From: Candidatus Omnitrophota bacterium
GTDB taxonomy: Bacteria; Omnitrophota; Gorgyraeia; B26-G9
DNA: 64,000 bases
NCBI GenBank assembly: GCA_043814605.1
Contig: JBDRJV010000007.1
Span: 195,354 to 259,353, forward strand
Direction: 5' to 3'
The notes below the pieces were generated by a model. That model did no database searches and was not told where the DNA came from. It saw nothing but the letters and a program-made list of their open reading frames with translations. The translations under genes were made by a program, and so were the position numbers. Position 1 is the first letter of the stretch, and each line of letters begins with the position of its first letter. Below, one piece after another: positions 20,090 through 30,055 of this stretch.

Positions 20090-20201
20090 CATAATATTTA
20101 AGGCAACCTGCAATCTTATTTACTGCCTATTATAACTTAACTCATTAAATATTAAATACTTAAATGTTCATTTTTTTAAAATTAGAGCGTAGGGAAGGAG
20201 C

Positions 20202-20230
20202 TTGACAGAAGAAAATAAGTATGCTATACT
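20202..20230 (+). promoter_or_regulatory. Sigma70-type promoter (TTGACA-17-TATACT)
   Basis: -35 TTGACA at 20202-20207, a 17-nt spacer, -10 TATACT at 20225-20230. Predicted TSS near 20237. Confidence 0.55.
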
Positions 20231-20236
20231 TATTAC

Positions 20237-20475
20237 AGAAGTTAATAAATCTTTTTATTAGTTTAAAAGAAGTTTAAAATTTATATCCGAAAATTCGCTA
20301 ATTTAAAAAGCGAATCCCGCCTTATCATGGCGGGAGGCAAATCCTTAAGAAATTAGGGATGCGCAAAGCTACGGGTCTAACGCAACAAGCTATGATCGCC
20401 GGGCGCACCGAGAACGAACAAGTTTGATGAAAGATAGCCGAGCTGCCGAGATATATGCAGTTCGGCTATTTTATT
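20237..20475 (+). ncRNA. Candidate small RNA / structured leader (~240 nt) of unknown family
   Basis: Bounded by the consensus promoter at 20202-20230 and an intrinsic terminator (10-bp stem AGCCGAGCUG/CAGUUCGGCU at 20436-20467, followed by AUUUUAUU). It contains GC-rich hairpins (AUUCGCU…AGCGAAU; UCCCGCC-UUAUCAU-GGCGGGA at 20315-20335) in an AT-rich background. No ORF of 60 aa or more. Confidence 0.35.
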
Positions 20476-20708
20476 AATTAAGGAAGGAGGATAAATGCGA
20501 AGTAAACAAAGTGTGCAAACTATAAGTTTAAATTATAATTTGGCATCATATATATTTTATAAATTTTTTATAAAAAAAGTTTGCATAAAAAATCAGAAAG
20601 GAGGAGACAGTTCACATTTATTAGATGATTTCATCATTATTATTTTAAATTTTTTTATGGCCTAATATATAATTTATAAAAATAACCTACACAAAGGGGG
20701 GGATTAAA

Positions 20709-23700
20709 ATGAAACAAGGTATACGCTATTATTCTTATTTTATTTTAGTATGTTTTTTAGTTAATATGTTAACAGTGAATGTTGGGTTGGCTTTTGATTT
20801 AAAGGCACAGCAGGATATGCTAATGTCCGATGAGGTAATCCAGGGAATTTTTGGCAGCCAGATTTCAGAACAAAGCCAGTCAAGTGATTTAAATCGGGAA
20901 ATAGCACCGGCGCCGAAAGTAATCACTACTTCTAACGGAGATGTCTACATTTATTCTGATGAAGGTGCTTCCGCACAAGTATCTAAGAATGAAACCGGGC
21001 ATACAGAAGTAACCTATTCCTTAAACGGAGCAAAAATTAAAATTAAAAATGAAAATACAGGTGAGGAATTTTCTTATCGCTATAATTTAAACGGCGCTCA
21101 GGTAAGTTTATACAGAATTGATGAAAATGGGAATGAAGCTTTGGTTTCTACTCAAACATTTAATAATTTTGGACAGCTTACTTCTACAGCAGGCCAAGGT
21201 AAAATTACTTATATTTATTCTCAAGACAACCCTGATATTTTGGTTAAATCAATTGATCAATGGGGCAATGAAACAATTTATGATGATCAGGGCCGGCCAG
21301 ATTATATTATTAATTATGATTCTGATGGTAATCAGGTTCAAGTGGGAAATTATACTTTTAATTCACGCGGAATTTTAGAAACTTTTGTCGATTATAATAA
21401 GAATGTGACGCATTTTGAAAATGACGGGATTAGACCGAGTTTTACTACCAATGCTCAAGGCACAACCACAAAGACATATACTTATGACGCAGATGGCCAT
21501 TTAGCTCAGGTTACGGACGAAGTAAACGGGCAGATTACCATAGTAGAAGACGGATACTACACAGTCACTTATAATGTTGAACCGGTTATGGATGAGCAGG
21601 GTGTTCCGGTTTTAGATGCGAACGGAGATCCAGTGGAGAATACAGTTTTAGTTGGCGCCTATAATTATAATGCTGCGGGTCAATTGGAAAGTATGACTAA
21701 TTTTGGCGATGAAGGAACCATGATGGGCTGGACTGAATTTGATGCTACCGGTCAAATATCCGGCGCTTATAACCAGCACGGGGTATTAATACAGGAGTAT
21801 TTTTATAATCAATTTGGCTTTCTTGAATACACAGTTGCTTTAGGCGCACTTAATAATTTAACTGATCAGCAAGTTAAAACTACTTATACAATTATGGATG
21901 ATCAGGGCCGGCCAAAGGAGGTTTGGCAGATTGGTGATGGCGGCAACAAAGTAAAAATCCAAGAATATGAATATGGCGCAGACGGATTGCTTGCGGCAAC
22001 TTATAGCTTAGGTATTATGCGCGGGTCAGATGAAAATAATCAAACTACTTACTGTCAGCCGATTAATGCGCAGGGCAATTTAGCTACAGATGAATCAGAA
22101 TATGTTTATTTTAGAACTTCAAAAACAGTATTTGATAGAAAAGGGCGTCCGGAATCAGTTTCGGCAGTCTGCTATCAAAGAGATGAGAATGATAATTTCA
22201 TTGTTGATGCCAATGGCGCTCCAGTGGCTGACCGAGATGAAGATGGGCAAATAATTTATGAAAAACAGCAGTCCTATAAATATAACTCCAAAGGTTTTCT
22301 TGCGGAAACTATCTCCTATGGTTTTAACGGCAGAATTACCGGAAAAACTGTATTTGATAAATTTGGCAGGCCGGAAGAGTCGTCAAATGGACAGGGGACA
22401 CTTACCCAGCGATATGTATATGGGGATGATGGATTTTTAAAGAAAACCATAAACTTTGGCGAAGATGGGGTGCAGACAGGACATACTTTGTATGATGAAA
22501 AAGCCAAACCCACAGAAGTATACAATCATGCAGGAACTTTAGTGCAAAAATATGTGTACGATGAAAACGGCTTGATGGTTATGAGCCTTAATTTAAACGG
22601 AGAAGACGGCTTAAACGGCATGCTTGTTTCTTCGATGGAAGATGCGGAATTAATTGCCGCAATGTGGGATAATTCTTTTGATGCTGAGATTATTGCCGTT
22701 ACCGGCAGTTTTGACAATCAGGCTTTAATGAATGCCATGTGGGAAAATATGGAGAGTAATCCGGAATTAGCAAAAAAGATCTGCCTGAAAGTAATCCAGC
22801 TTTTTAGTGACGGAGCAAAAGGCGGGGATCAGAACTTAATTAATGATGTAGGAACTGCTTATCATATGCTCGGACAGTTTTTAGAAGCAGAAGGTGATCA
22901 AGCTGGCGCAATTGCTGCCTATAAAGTTCAAGGCAGTGAGTTTACTGCAGCGATGGCGATTGGCGCTAGCGGTAATCCTGAATCAGTTACCGCTTGGTCC
23001 ACAGACCGCTTAGCACAAATGAATGACGGAGAAGGTGCAGATACAGCAGTGGTTACAGGGTATACAATTTTTGGCGGAGATTCTAAACCAATGGCATCTT
23101 ATCAATGCTATAATGACGGGCAAAATGGGTTACAAGTAACAAAGGTTCAGGATTTTATTTATAGTTATCAAACTACGGAAAGACGTTTAGTCGGACAAGA
23201 TGCAGAAGGTAAAGATGTATATGTTGATATTGAAGTTACAAGATTTTCAAATTCAGTACAGAAAACCGTTAATTATGGTGATAACGGTGCGGAAACTGGA
23301 TATACTTTATTTGATGATTATGGCAGGCAAAAAGCTACTTATAATGAGGAAGGACAGGTAACGCAAAAATATACATACAGCCGTGAGGGTTTTTTAACGT
23401 TAACTAAATCTTATGGTGTAGATGGCGCTTGTACAGGAGCAACAGTTTTTGATAAGTATTCCCGGCCAGTAGCTTCTTTTAATTTAGCCGGCAGTACGGT
23501 TTCTATCCCGGATGATTTAATTGCCGCTTTAAGTAATGGCCTGACAGAAGCGGATTTAGAAAATACACAATGGCAGCCGTATTTAAAAGGATTATCACAA
23601 ACTTTTGAATATAATGCAGAAACCGGGCTTATGGAATCCAGCAAATCCTGGGGTGAAGCTGTTGAGATAAGTGCAGCTAATATTGGGAATTTTGCCGATG

Positions 23701-26700
23701 CTTTAGGTTCTATTGAAGGCGATAAGAATTATAGTGTGGATTATGATTTTAATAGTGACGGGGTGATTAATGACGCAGATTTAGCGATATTCGAAGCTGC
23801 ATTTAGTGGTGCAAGTAATTTTGTGGCAGCTTATGGCTCAACTACAGGTGATGCTAATTTTGATCCCAGTTTAGATACCAATCAAGACGGTGTGATTAAT
23901 CGAACTGATGCCTCTGGGTTTAGCCGCACTTTTAGTAAGCCCACTAAATATCAGCCGACATTTACAGGTACGACATCCTATGATAAGTATGGTAAAGCTG
24001 TGGAAGTAACTAATGCTGAAGGTTCTGTGGTTAGCCGTTATGCGTATAATGAACGCGGTTTTATGATCAGATCAGATTCTTTTAGCTTAGATGAACAGGG
24101 TAATGAAATCAGAACCGGGTTTACTTTATTTGACGATAAATCTAGGCCAACGGAAACATATTCTGTTTATAATAATGGCAGTGGAGAACAAGCCGCATTA
24201 GCTCAAGTATATTTTTATAAAGATGGCTTTCTAGAACGAACTAAAAACTATGGAAAAGAAGGAACCTACACTGGTGAAACAGTATTTGATAAATACGGCA
24301 GACAGAGTGTGAGTTATAATGAAGAGGGCCAAAAAATATCTTCTTACAGCTACTCAAATCAGGGATTTTTAAAAAGTACTTCGAATTACGGGTTAGAGGG
24401 TGCGTATTTGGGAAAAACAGTTTTTGACCGCAAAGGCAGGCCGGCAGAATCCTATAATATGAGCGGAGCCCTGACCCAGAAATTTAATTATAATGAAGCT
24501 ACAGGGTTTATGCAATCCAGCACAAGTTATGGAGACCTTGATGAACAGGGCAATCCGACCCTGACTCAAACTACATTTTATGACGGTTATGGCAAAGCAA
24601 TACGCTCTGAAAATGAGCTGGGTATTGTGACCACAACTTTTGATTACGATGCTCAAGGATTTATGCTTAAATCAAACAGCTTAGCTTTTGTTGAAGATCC
24701 GGCTGCTGCGAATGCAATAACAATTACAAATAAAAATGCCGAAACTTTAACGGGTTATTATGTGGTTACCGGTTATACAGAATACGATAATTATTCCCGT
24801 CCCACAACAACCTATCAAGGCTACTGGGCTGATGAGCAAACAGGAGTGCAGACATTTTCTAAAGTGCAGGAATTTACATATGATAAAGGTTTTTTAGTCA
24901 GCACAGAAAGCTTTGGCCGCAACGGTGTTTCTACAGGCACAACAACTTTTGACCGTTATGGACGACAGGATGTCTCGAAAAATGAGTACGGAGAAGTAAC
25001 CACAAAATATAGATACTCTAACCGGGGATTTTTAAGTCAAACGTATAACTATGGGGCAAACGGTGCAATTACCGGAAGCACAACTTTTAATAGTTTAGGC
25101 CGTCCGGTTGAGGCTTATAATCAAAACAGAAAATTAGTGCAAACTTTTGAATATAATAAATCTACCGGAGCATTATTATTCAGCGAATCTTATAATTATG
25201 ATGATGCAGGCAATCAATTTAAAACTCAAATCACAACTTATGATGCTTTTGGTAAGGCAGATAAGGTATACAATACAATTGAAGATATAAATGATATTGA
25301 CCAGGATGGCGATACGACAGAATTAATAAAGGGTTATATGGTATCTTCATATCACTATGATGCTAGCGGATTTATGCTTAAGAGTTTTAGCTATGGCGAA
25401 CCGGATTTAGCAGAAACGCCTGCAGATGGAGGAGAATATCGAGGCCCTGTAACTGGTTTTACAATATTTGGCGATAGTGGCCGTCCAGAAGCTTCTTATA
25501 CTGTACATAATGGTAACTGGGATCCATTAGTACTAATTAATTTTAAAAGTGGAGATCAATTACCAGCAGGTGTAGCATTATCACAAGTGTTTATTTATAA
25601 CACTGATTTAGCTGGTACAAAGGATGCCAGTGCTGTAGAAAATTATCTGGCTGGGCCGCGTGAACAGAATACAGGTTTTGTAACTTTGACTGTGCGGTAT
25701 GGTGATAATCAAACTTTTGTGGAATTTACAACAATGAATAGATACGGACAGCAGGATACTTCTTATAATAACTACAGTGAGAAAACAACACAATTTAGGT
25801 ATAATTCATCCGGATCTTTAAGCCAAACCTATAATTATACTTTTGGCGGAAGAATATCCGGTAAAACCTATTTTAATGGAATGGGCAGGCCAGTCAAAGC
25901 TGTAAATGAATCGGGAATTCTGGTGCAGACTTTTAATTATAATAGTGCTACAGGTTTTCTGACGAGTACTGATACTTATGGAGCACCGGATGCTGAAGGT
26001 AAACAGGAAGTCACCCAGACAACATACTATAATGCAGAAGGAAAACAAACACATACTACCAATCCCGAAGGACAGACAGTTAGTAGGTTTGTCTATAATG
26101 AACGAGGATTTTTAACTGCTTCAGAAAACTGGGCTGTAGATGATAATGGGGTAGAAGTAAAAATCGGCTACACGGAAATGAGCGCAGAAACAGGCCGGCC
26201 AATTGCTTCCTACAGTGTTTCATCAACTGGCCTTGCCGTGAAAACTGCTGATTTTATCTATAGTACAGGTGCAATTACAGATAATGATGCGGCTCAAGCT
26301 TATGCCGCAATGTCACCTGCTGAACGTGATGCCGTGAACGATACTGGATTTGTACTGGGAACAATCTCATATATTGTAAATCAAAATTTAACTTCAGAAA
26401 CTACGAATATTGCCAATGTTTATAATCCGAATGCAGCAAAAACTATAGATCCGGAAACAGGAGAAGTTACTGCAGTTGATATTAGCAGCCAAATACTTTA
26501 TAACGGGTATTCAGTTAATGACAGCTATGGCCGTCAGCTTAATTCATATAATAAAGAAGGCAGCTTAATCAGCCGGAATTTCTATAAGCAGGGATTTATT
26601 AATAAAAGCATGAATTATGGAGAAGGCGGAGTGCAAATAGGGTCATTACTCTACGGTACTAATGGCAGGCCGACAATTGCGCTTAATTACCGAGGCGAAA

Positions 26701-27572
26701 AAGTCAGCGAATATCTCTATAATGATAAAGGTTTCCTTGCCCAAACACTTTCTTACTCAACCGGATTAGATGCGGACGGAAAAACTGTGGTACAGGTGAT
26801 GACTGGATACAGTAATTATGATGTCTTTGGCAAAGCCACTGAATCCTATCAGTTATTTGAAGTTGGCGAAATGGGTACGCCTCCGCCGTATGCTTATGAT
26901 GAAGACGGTTACCAGTTTGAAGCTGGCGGCAGCAAGAATTATGTTGTGATTCCTAAAGAGGATGGTAGCGGTATAGCTAAAGTTGAAACAATTAATGGCA
27001 CAGGCCTTGTTTCCAAGAATGTTTATAACGAATTTGGGGCATTACTCGAGACTCAAAACTATGGACGCGAGGGCGGTGTGATTACTACAGTAAAAATGGA
27101 CCTTTACAGCAGACCTACCATCGTTTATAATCATCTGAATGAAAAAGTACAAGAATATACATACAATAAAGATACTGGTTTCCTGAGTTATACAGTATCC
27201 TATTATAAAAAAGTGAATTCAAATGACGAAGGAGAAGTAGAAGACGGATTCAGCACGGAAAAAGAAACTTCTGTGACATTTTTTAACGCCTATGGCCAGC
27301 AATCTGTATCTTATTTATTAAACAACGAAGGAGAAGGGTTTGACGGTACATTAGATACAGTGGGTGCATTACAAAGCAAATATCAGTATAACGCTCAAGG
27401 ATTCCTGTACAAGACACTAATGTATAACGGTACAACCATGACAGGATATACAGTAAATGATGCCAGCGGCAGGCAAATCACACAATTTAATGCTTCTAAT
27501 GAGCCCACAGCATACTACTGGTATAATACTAATGGTTTCTTGCTCAGAATGTCTAATCCCACGCAGGAATAA
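20709..27572 (+). CDS. Giant secreted repeat protein (2287 aa) with YD/RHS-like ~46-aa repeats, an embedded dockerin-like Ca-binding pair and an alpha-helical insert
   Basis: Strong RBS (AAAGGGGGGG 6 nt before the ATG) and a signal peptide (MKQGIRYYSYFILVCFLVNMLTVNVGLAFD). There are dozens of degenerate repeats of the form TxFDxxGRPxxxYNxxGxLxQxYxYNxxGFLxxTxNYGxxGxxTG. The period is 46 residues, measured for example from FDKYGRQ to FDRKGRP. A dockerin-like pair lies near residues 1010-1075 (DYDFNSDGVINDADLAIFEAAF … DTNQDGVINRTDASGF). A non-repeat helical segment lies near residues 625-790. The gene is followed by an intrinsic terminator. Confidence 0.85.
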   Translation: MKQGIRYYSYFILVCFLVNMLTVNVGLAFDLKAQQDMLMSDEVIQGIFGSQISEQSQSSDLNREIAPAPKVITTSNGDVYIYSDEGASAQVSKNETGHTEVTYSLNGAKIKIKNENTGEEFSYRYNLNGAQVSLYRIDENGNEALVSTQTFNNFGQLTSTAGQGKITYIYSQDNPDILVKSIDQWGNETIYDDQGRPDYIINYDSDGNQVQVGNYTFNSRGILETFVDYNKNVTHFENDGIRPSFTTNAQGTTTKTYTYDADGHLAQVTDEVNGQITIVEDGYYTVTYNVEPVMDEQGVPVLDANGDPVENTVLVGAYNYNAAGQLESMTNFGDEGTMMGWTEFDATGQISGAYNQHGVLIQEYFYNQFGFLEYTVALGALNNLTDQQVKTTYTIMDDQGRPKEVWQIGDGGNKVKIQEYEYGADGLLAATYSLGIMRGSDENNQTTYCQPINAQGNLATDESEYVYFRTSKTVFDRKGRPESVSAVCYQRDENDNFIVDANGAPVADRDEDGQIIYEKQQSYKYNSKGFLAETISYGFNGRITGKTVFDKFGRPEESSNGQGTLTQRYVYGDDGFLKKTINFGEDGVQTGHTLYDEKAKPTEVYNHAGTLVQKYVYDENGLMVMSLNLNGEDGLNGMLVSSMEDAELIAAMWDNSFDAEIIAVTGSFDNQALMNAMWENMESNPELAKKICLKVIQLFSDGAKGGDQNLINDVGTAYHMLGQFLEAEGDQAGAIAAYKVQGSEFTAAMAIGASGNPESVTAWSTDRLAQMNDGEGADTAVVTGYTIFGGDSKPMASYQCYNDGQNGLQVTKVQDFIYSYQTTERRLVGQDAEGKDVYVDIEVTRFSNSVQKTVNYGDNGAETGYTLFDDYGRQKATYNEEGQVTQKYTYSREGFLTLTKSYGVDGACTGATVFDKYSRPVASFNLAGSTVSIPDDLIAALSNGLTEADLENTQWQPYLKGLSQTFEYNAETGLMESSKSWGEAVEISAANIGNFADALGSIEGDKNYSVDYDFNSDGVINDADLAIFEAAFSGASNFVAAYGSTTGDANFDPSLDTNQDGVINRTDASGFSRTFSKPTKYQPTFTGTTSYDKYGKAVEVTNAEGSVVSRYAYNERGFMIRSDSFSLDEQGNEIRTGFTLFDDKSRPTETYSVYNNGSGEQAALAQVYFYKDGFLERTKNYGKEGTYTGETVFDKYGRQSVSYNEEGQKISSYSYSNQGFLKSTSNYGLEGAYLGKTVFDRKGRPAESYNMSGALTQKFNYNEATGFMQSSTSYGDLDEQGNPTLTQTTFYDGYGKAIRSENELGIVTTTFDYDAQGFMLKSNSLAFVEDPAAANAITITNKNAETLTGYYVVTGYTEYDNYSRPTTTYQGYWADEQTGVQTFSKVQEFTYDKGFLVSTESFGRNGVSTGTTTFDRYGRQDVSKNEYGEVTTKYRYSNRGFLSQTYNYGANGAITGSTTFNSLGRPVEAYNQNRKLVQTFEYNKSTGALLFSESYNYDDAGNQFKTQITTYDAFGKADKVYNTIEDINDIDQDGDTTELIKGYMVSSYHYDASGFMLKSFSYGEPDLAETPADGGEYRGPVTGFTIFGDSGRPEASYTVHNGNWDPLVLINFKSGDQLPAGVALSQVFIYNTDLAGTKDASAVENYLAGPREQNTGFVTLTVRYGDNQTFVEFTTMNRYGQQDTSYNNYSEKTTQFRYNSSGSLSQTYNYTFGGRISGKTYFNGMGRPVKAVNESGILVQTFNYNSATGFLTSTDTYGAPDAEGKQEVTQTTYYNAEGKQTHTTNPEGQTVSRFVYNERGFLTASENWAVDDNGVEVKIGYTEMSAETGRPIASYSVSSTGLAVKTADFIYSTGAITDNDAAQAYAAMSPAERDAVNDTGFVLGTISYIVNQNLTSETTNIANVYNPNAAKTIDPETGEVTAVDISSQILYNGYSVNDSYGRQLNSYNKEGSLISRNFYKQGFINKSMNYGEGGVQIGSLLYGTNGRPTIALNYRGEKVSEYLYNDKGFLAQTLSYSTGLDADGKTVVQVMTGYSNYDVFGKATESYQLFEVGEMGTPPPYAYDEDGYQFEAGGSKNYVVIPKEDGSGIAKVETINGTGLVSKNVYNEFGALLETQNYGREGGVITTVKMDLYSRPTIVYNHLNEKVQEYTYNKDTGFLSYTVSYYKKVNSNDEGEVEDGFSTEKETSVTFFNAYGQQSVSYLLNNEGEGFDGTLDTVGALQSKYQYNAQGFLYKTLMYNGTTMTGYTVNDASGRQITQFNASNEPTAYYWYNTNGFLLRMSNPTQE

Positions 27573-27598
27573 TTTGGCAAAAAACCATAGTTGATTTT

Positions 27599-27637
27599 AA
27601 CAAGCCTCAAGGTAATAGCCTTGAGGCTTGTTTTTTT
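27599..27637 (+). terminator. Rho-independent terminator
   Basis: AACAAGCCTCAAGG-TAATA-GCCTTGAGGCTTGTT hairpin followed by TTTTTTT. Confidence 0.7.
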
Positions 27638-27648
27638 AGTAATTTTAC

Positions 27649-27677
27649 TTGAATTGAAACACAAGTTATTATAAAAT
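27649..27677 (+). promoter_or_regulatory. Possible sigma70 promoter (TTGAAT-17-TAAAAT)
   Basis: -35 TTGAAT at 27649-27654, a 17-nt spacer, -10 TAAAAT at 27672-27677. It lies ~85 nt upstream of kdsA. Confidence 0.35.
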
Positions 27678-27760
27678 ACTACCATTACAATTTAAATATT
27701 ATAAAAACATGAATTAACCAATCTCAGGTTTGTTCGCAAACCTTATAAAAATCAAAACTT

Positions 27761-28573
27761 ATGGAATTAGATTTAAAAAAAATTATTAAAAAAGAGTTTT
27801 TTTTAATTGCCGGGCCTTGCGTGATTGAGTCAGAAAAACTTTGTTTAGAACAAGCAAAATTGATCCGGGAAATTGCAAAGAGGGTTAATATCCATTTTAT
27901 TTTTAAAGCTAGCTTTGATAAAGCCAATCGAACAGCAGTAGATTCTTTTCGTGGCCCGGGATTAAAAAAAGGCTTATCAATACTTAAAAAAATCAAACAG
28001 ACATTAAAAATACCCATATTAACTGATGTGCACAGTCTTGACCAAGTTAGAGCTTGTGCCAGTGTTGTTGATATTATCCAAATCCCTGCATTATTATCGC
28101 GTCAAACAGATTTAATTGTTGGCGCAGCGCGCACTAAAAAAATCATCAATATTAAAAAAGGGCAGTTTATGGCTCCCTCAGATATGCAGAATGTAATTAA
28201 AAAGGCAGAATCCGCAGGCAATAAAAATATTATCTTGACTGAACGCGGAGTTTGTTTTGGGTATCATAATCTGGTGAGTGATATGCGTTCAATACAGATT
28301 ATGCAAAAATTTAATTATCCGGTTGTTTATGATGCAACTCACAGTGTGCAGCTGCCGAGTGCGGGAGGGGAAAAATCCGCGGGTGAGAGTCAATTTGTGA
28401 TTCCTTTGGCTTTGGCCGCAGTTGCTGCAGGCTGTAATGGATTATTTTTAGAAGTGCACAAAAACCCGAAAAAAGCACTTTGTGATGGGCCGAATATGAT
28501 TGCTATAAAAGATCTGGAGAAGTTATTAGGCAAGGCAAAAAAAATCTGGGAGACTGTAAATGAAAAAAAATAG
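27761..28573 (+). CDS. kdsA: 3-deoxy-8-phosphooctulonate (Kdo-8-P) synthase
   Basis: 270 aa; DAHP/KDO8P synthase family (…FIFKASFDKANRT…IPILTDVH…DATHSVQLP…). Confidence 0.9.
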   Translation: MELDLKKIIKKEFFLIAGPCVIESEKLCLEQAKLIREIAKRVNIHFIFKASFDKANRTAVDSFRGPGLKKGLSILKKIKQTLKIPILTDVHSLDQVRACASVVDIIQIPALLSRQTDLIVGAARTKKIINIKKGQFMAPSDMQNVIKKAESAGNKNIILTERGVCFGYHNLVSDMRSIQIMQKFNYPVVYDATHSVQLPSAGGEKSAGESQFVIPLALAAVAAGCNGLFLEVHKNPKKALCDGPNMIAIKDLEKLLGKAKKIWETVNEKK

Positions 28574-29528
28574 TTTTCAGGCGATTGCTAAAAAAGTTTT
28601 AAAAGTGGAAGCAAAAGCAATTCATGATTTACTGCCCAGAATAAATAAGAATTTTGATAAAGCTGTAAACCTAATTGCGCAATGCAGCGGGCGCGTGGTG
28701 ATTACGGGAATGGGAAAGCCCGGATTAATCGGCAGTAAAATTTCTGCTACTTTGGCAAGTTTAGGTGTACCCAGCTTATTTTTACATCCCGCTGAAGCTG
28801 TACACGGGGATTTGGGCCGGGTAGCTTGCGATGATATTATCATTGCAGTTTCTAACAGCGGTATGACTGAGGAAATAACCCGGCTTTTACCGATTATAAA
28901 AAAAATGGGGGTTAAATTAATCAGCTTTACCGGGAACCTAAAATCTCCGCTGGCTAAATATAGTGATGTAGTGCTAAATGTAAAAGTGGAAAAAGAAGCC
29001 TGCCCTTTTAATTTAGCTCCCACAGCCAGTACAACCGCAACCTTGGCTATGGGTGATGCATTAGCGGTTGCAGTTTTAGAAAAAAAAGGTTTTAAAATTG
29101 AAAATTATGCTTTTTACCACCCGGGAGGGAGTCTAGGGAAAAAATTGCTGAAAGTCAAGGATCTGATGCGTAAGGGGCTGCAAAATCCGATTGTTTATGA
29201 AAAGACTAAGGTGAAAACAGTACTTTTAAAAATTACCCGTTCAAGAGCCGGATGCGCTTGTATTGTGAATAAAAAAAAGCAGCTTATCGGAATTTTTACT
29301 GACGGAGATTTACGCCGCCATTTAGAAACAGAGCCGGATTTGTTATCTATGGAAGTAAAGAATGTGATGAGCCGCAATCCCATTACAATTAATAAAGAAA
29401 AGTTAGCACAAGAAGCCTTAAAAATACTCAAGGATAAAAAAATTGATGAAATACCGGTGGTGGATGAAAAAAAACATCCGGCCGGGCTTTTAGATGTACA
29501 GGATTTACTAAAAGCAGGTATTGTATGA
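28560..29528 (+). CDS. kdsD: Arabinose-5-phosphate isomerase (SIS domain plus tandem CBS domains)
   Basis: 322 aa; SIS domain (GRVVITGMGKPGLIGSKISATLASLG) followed by a CBS pair; positioned between kdsA and kdsC. Confidence 0.9.
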   Translation: MKKNSFQAIAKKVLKVEAKAIHDLLPRINKNFDKAVNLIAQCSGRVVITGMGKPGLIGSKISATLASLGVPSLFLHPAEAVHGDLGRVACDDIIIAVSNSGMTEEITRLLPIIKKMGVKLISFTGNLKSPLAKYSDVVLNVKVEKEACPFNLAPTASTTATLAMGDALAVAVLEKKGFKIENYAFYHPGGSLGKKLLKVKDLMRKGLQNPIVYEKTKVKTVLLKITRSRAGCACIVNKKKQLIGIFTDGDLRRHLETEPDLLSMEVKNVMSRNPITINKEKLAQEALKILKDKKIDEIPVVDEKKHPAGLLDVQDLLKAGIV

Positions 29529-30040
29529 ACAGAGAAAAAGCAAAAAAAATTAAAATTTTAATTACCGATGTTGACGGAGTATTAACTAACGCGATGATCG
29601 GCTATGGAAATTATAACGATACCTACCGGCAATTTAATATGCAGGATGGTTTTGGCTTGGTCTTGTTAAAAAAAACAGGGATAAAAACTGCGATTATTAC
29701 GGGCAAATCATCTCGATCTCTGGATCGCCGGGCACGGGAATTAAAATTTGATTTAGTTTGTAAGGATGTCGAAGTAAAAATGAAAGCGTTTAAGAAAATT
29801 TTAAAAAAATTTAAATTAACCCCGTCTGAAGCCTGCTACATCGGGGATGATTTATTGGATTTAGCGGTTTTAAAAAATGCCGGATTATCCGTTTGTGTAC
29901 CGGAAGCGCCTGAGGAACTTAAAGATACAGTTGATATTGTGACTAAAAAAAGCGGTGGTGCTGGTGCGGTACGAGAAATAATAGAGTTTATCCTAAAAGC
30001 CCAGGATAAATGGAGCGATATTGTTGAAAAATATCTATAA
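29525..30040 (+). CDS. kdsC: 3-deoxy-D-manno-octulosonate 8-phosphate phosphatase (HAD family)
   Basis: 171 aa; HAD motif I ILITDVDGVLTN, then …GDDLLDL…; position in the Kdo cluster. Confidence 0.85.
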   Translation: MNREKAKKIKILITDVDGVLTNAMIGYGNYNDTYRQFNMQDGFGLVLLKKTGIKTAIITGKSSRSLDRRARELKFDLVCKDVEVKMKAFKKILKKFKLTPSEACYIGDDLLDLAVLKNAGLSVCVPEAPEELKDTVDIVTKKSGGAGAVREIIEFILKAQDKWSDIVEKYL

Positions 30041-30055
30041 AAATAGAGAGAAATA

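Noticed and set aside
20237-20475. Identification of the sRNA candidate as tmRNA or 6S RNA
   Set aside because: No tRNA-like 3' end or ANDENYALAA-type tag frame for tmRNA. The 5' and 3' ends do not form the long closing helix expected of 6S RNA. The family is left unassigned.
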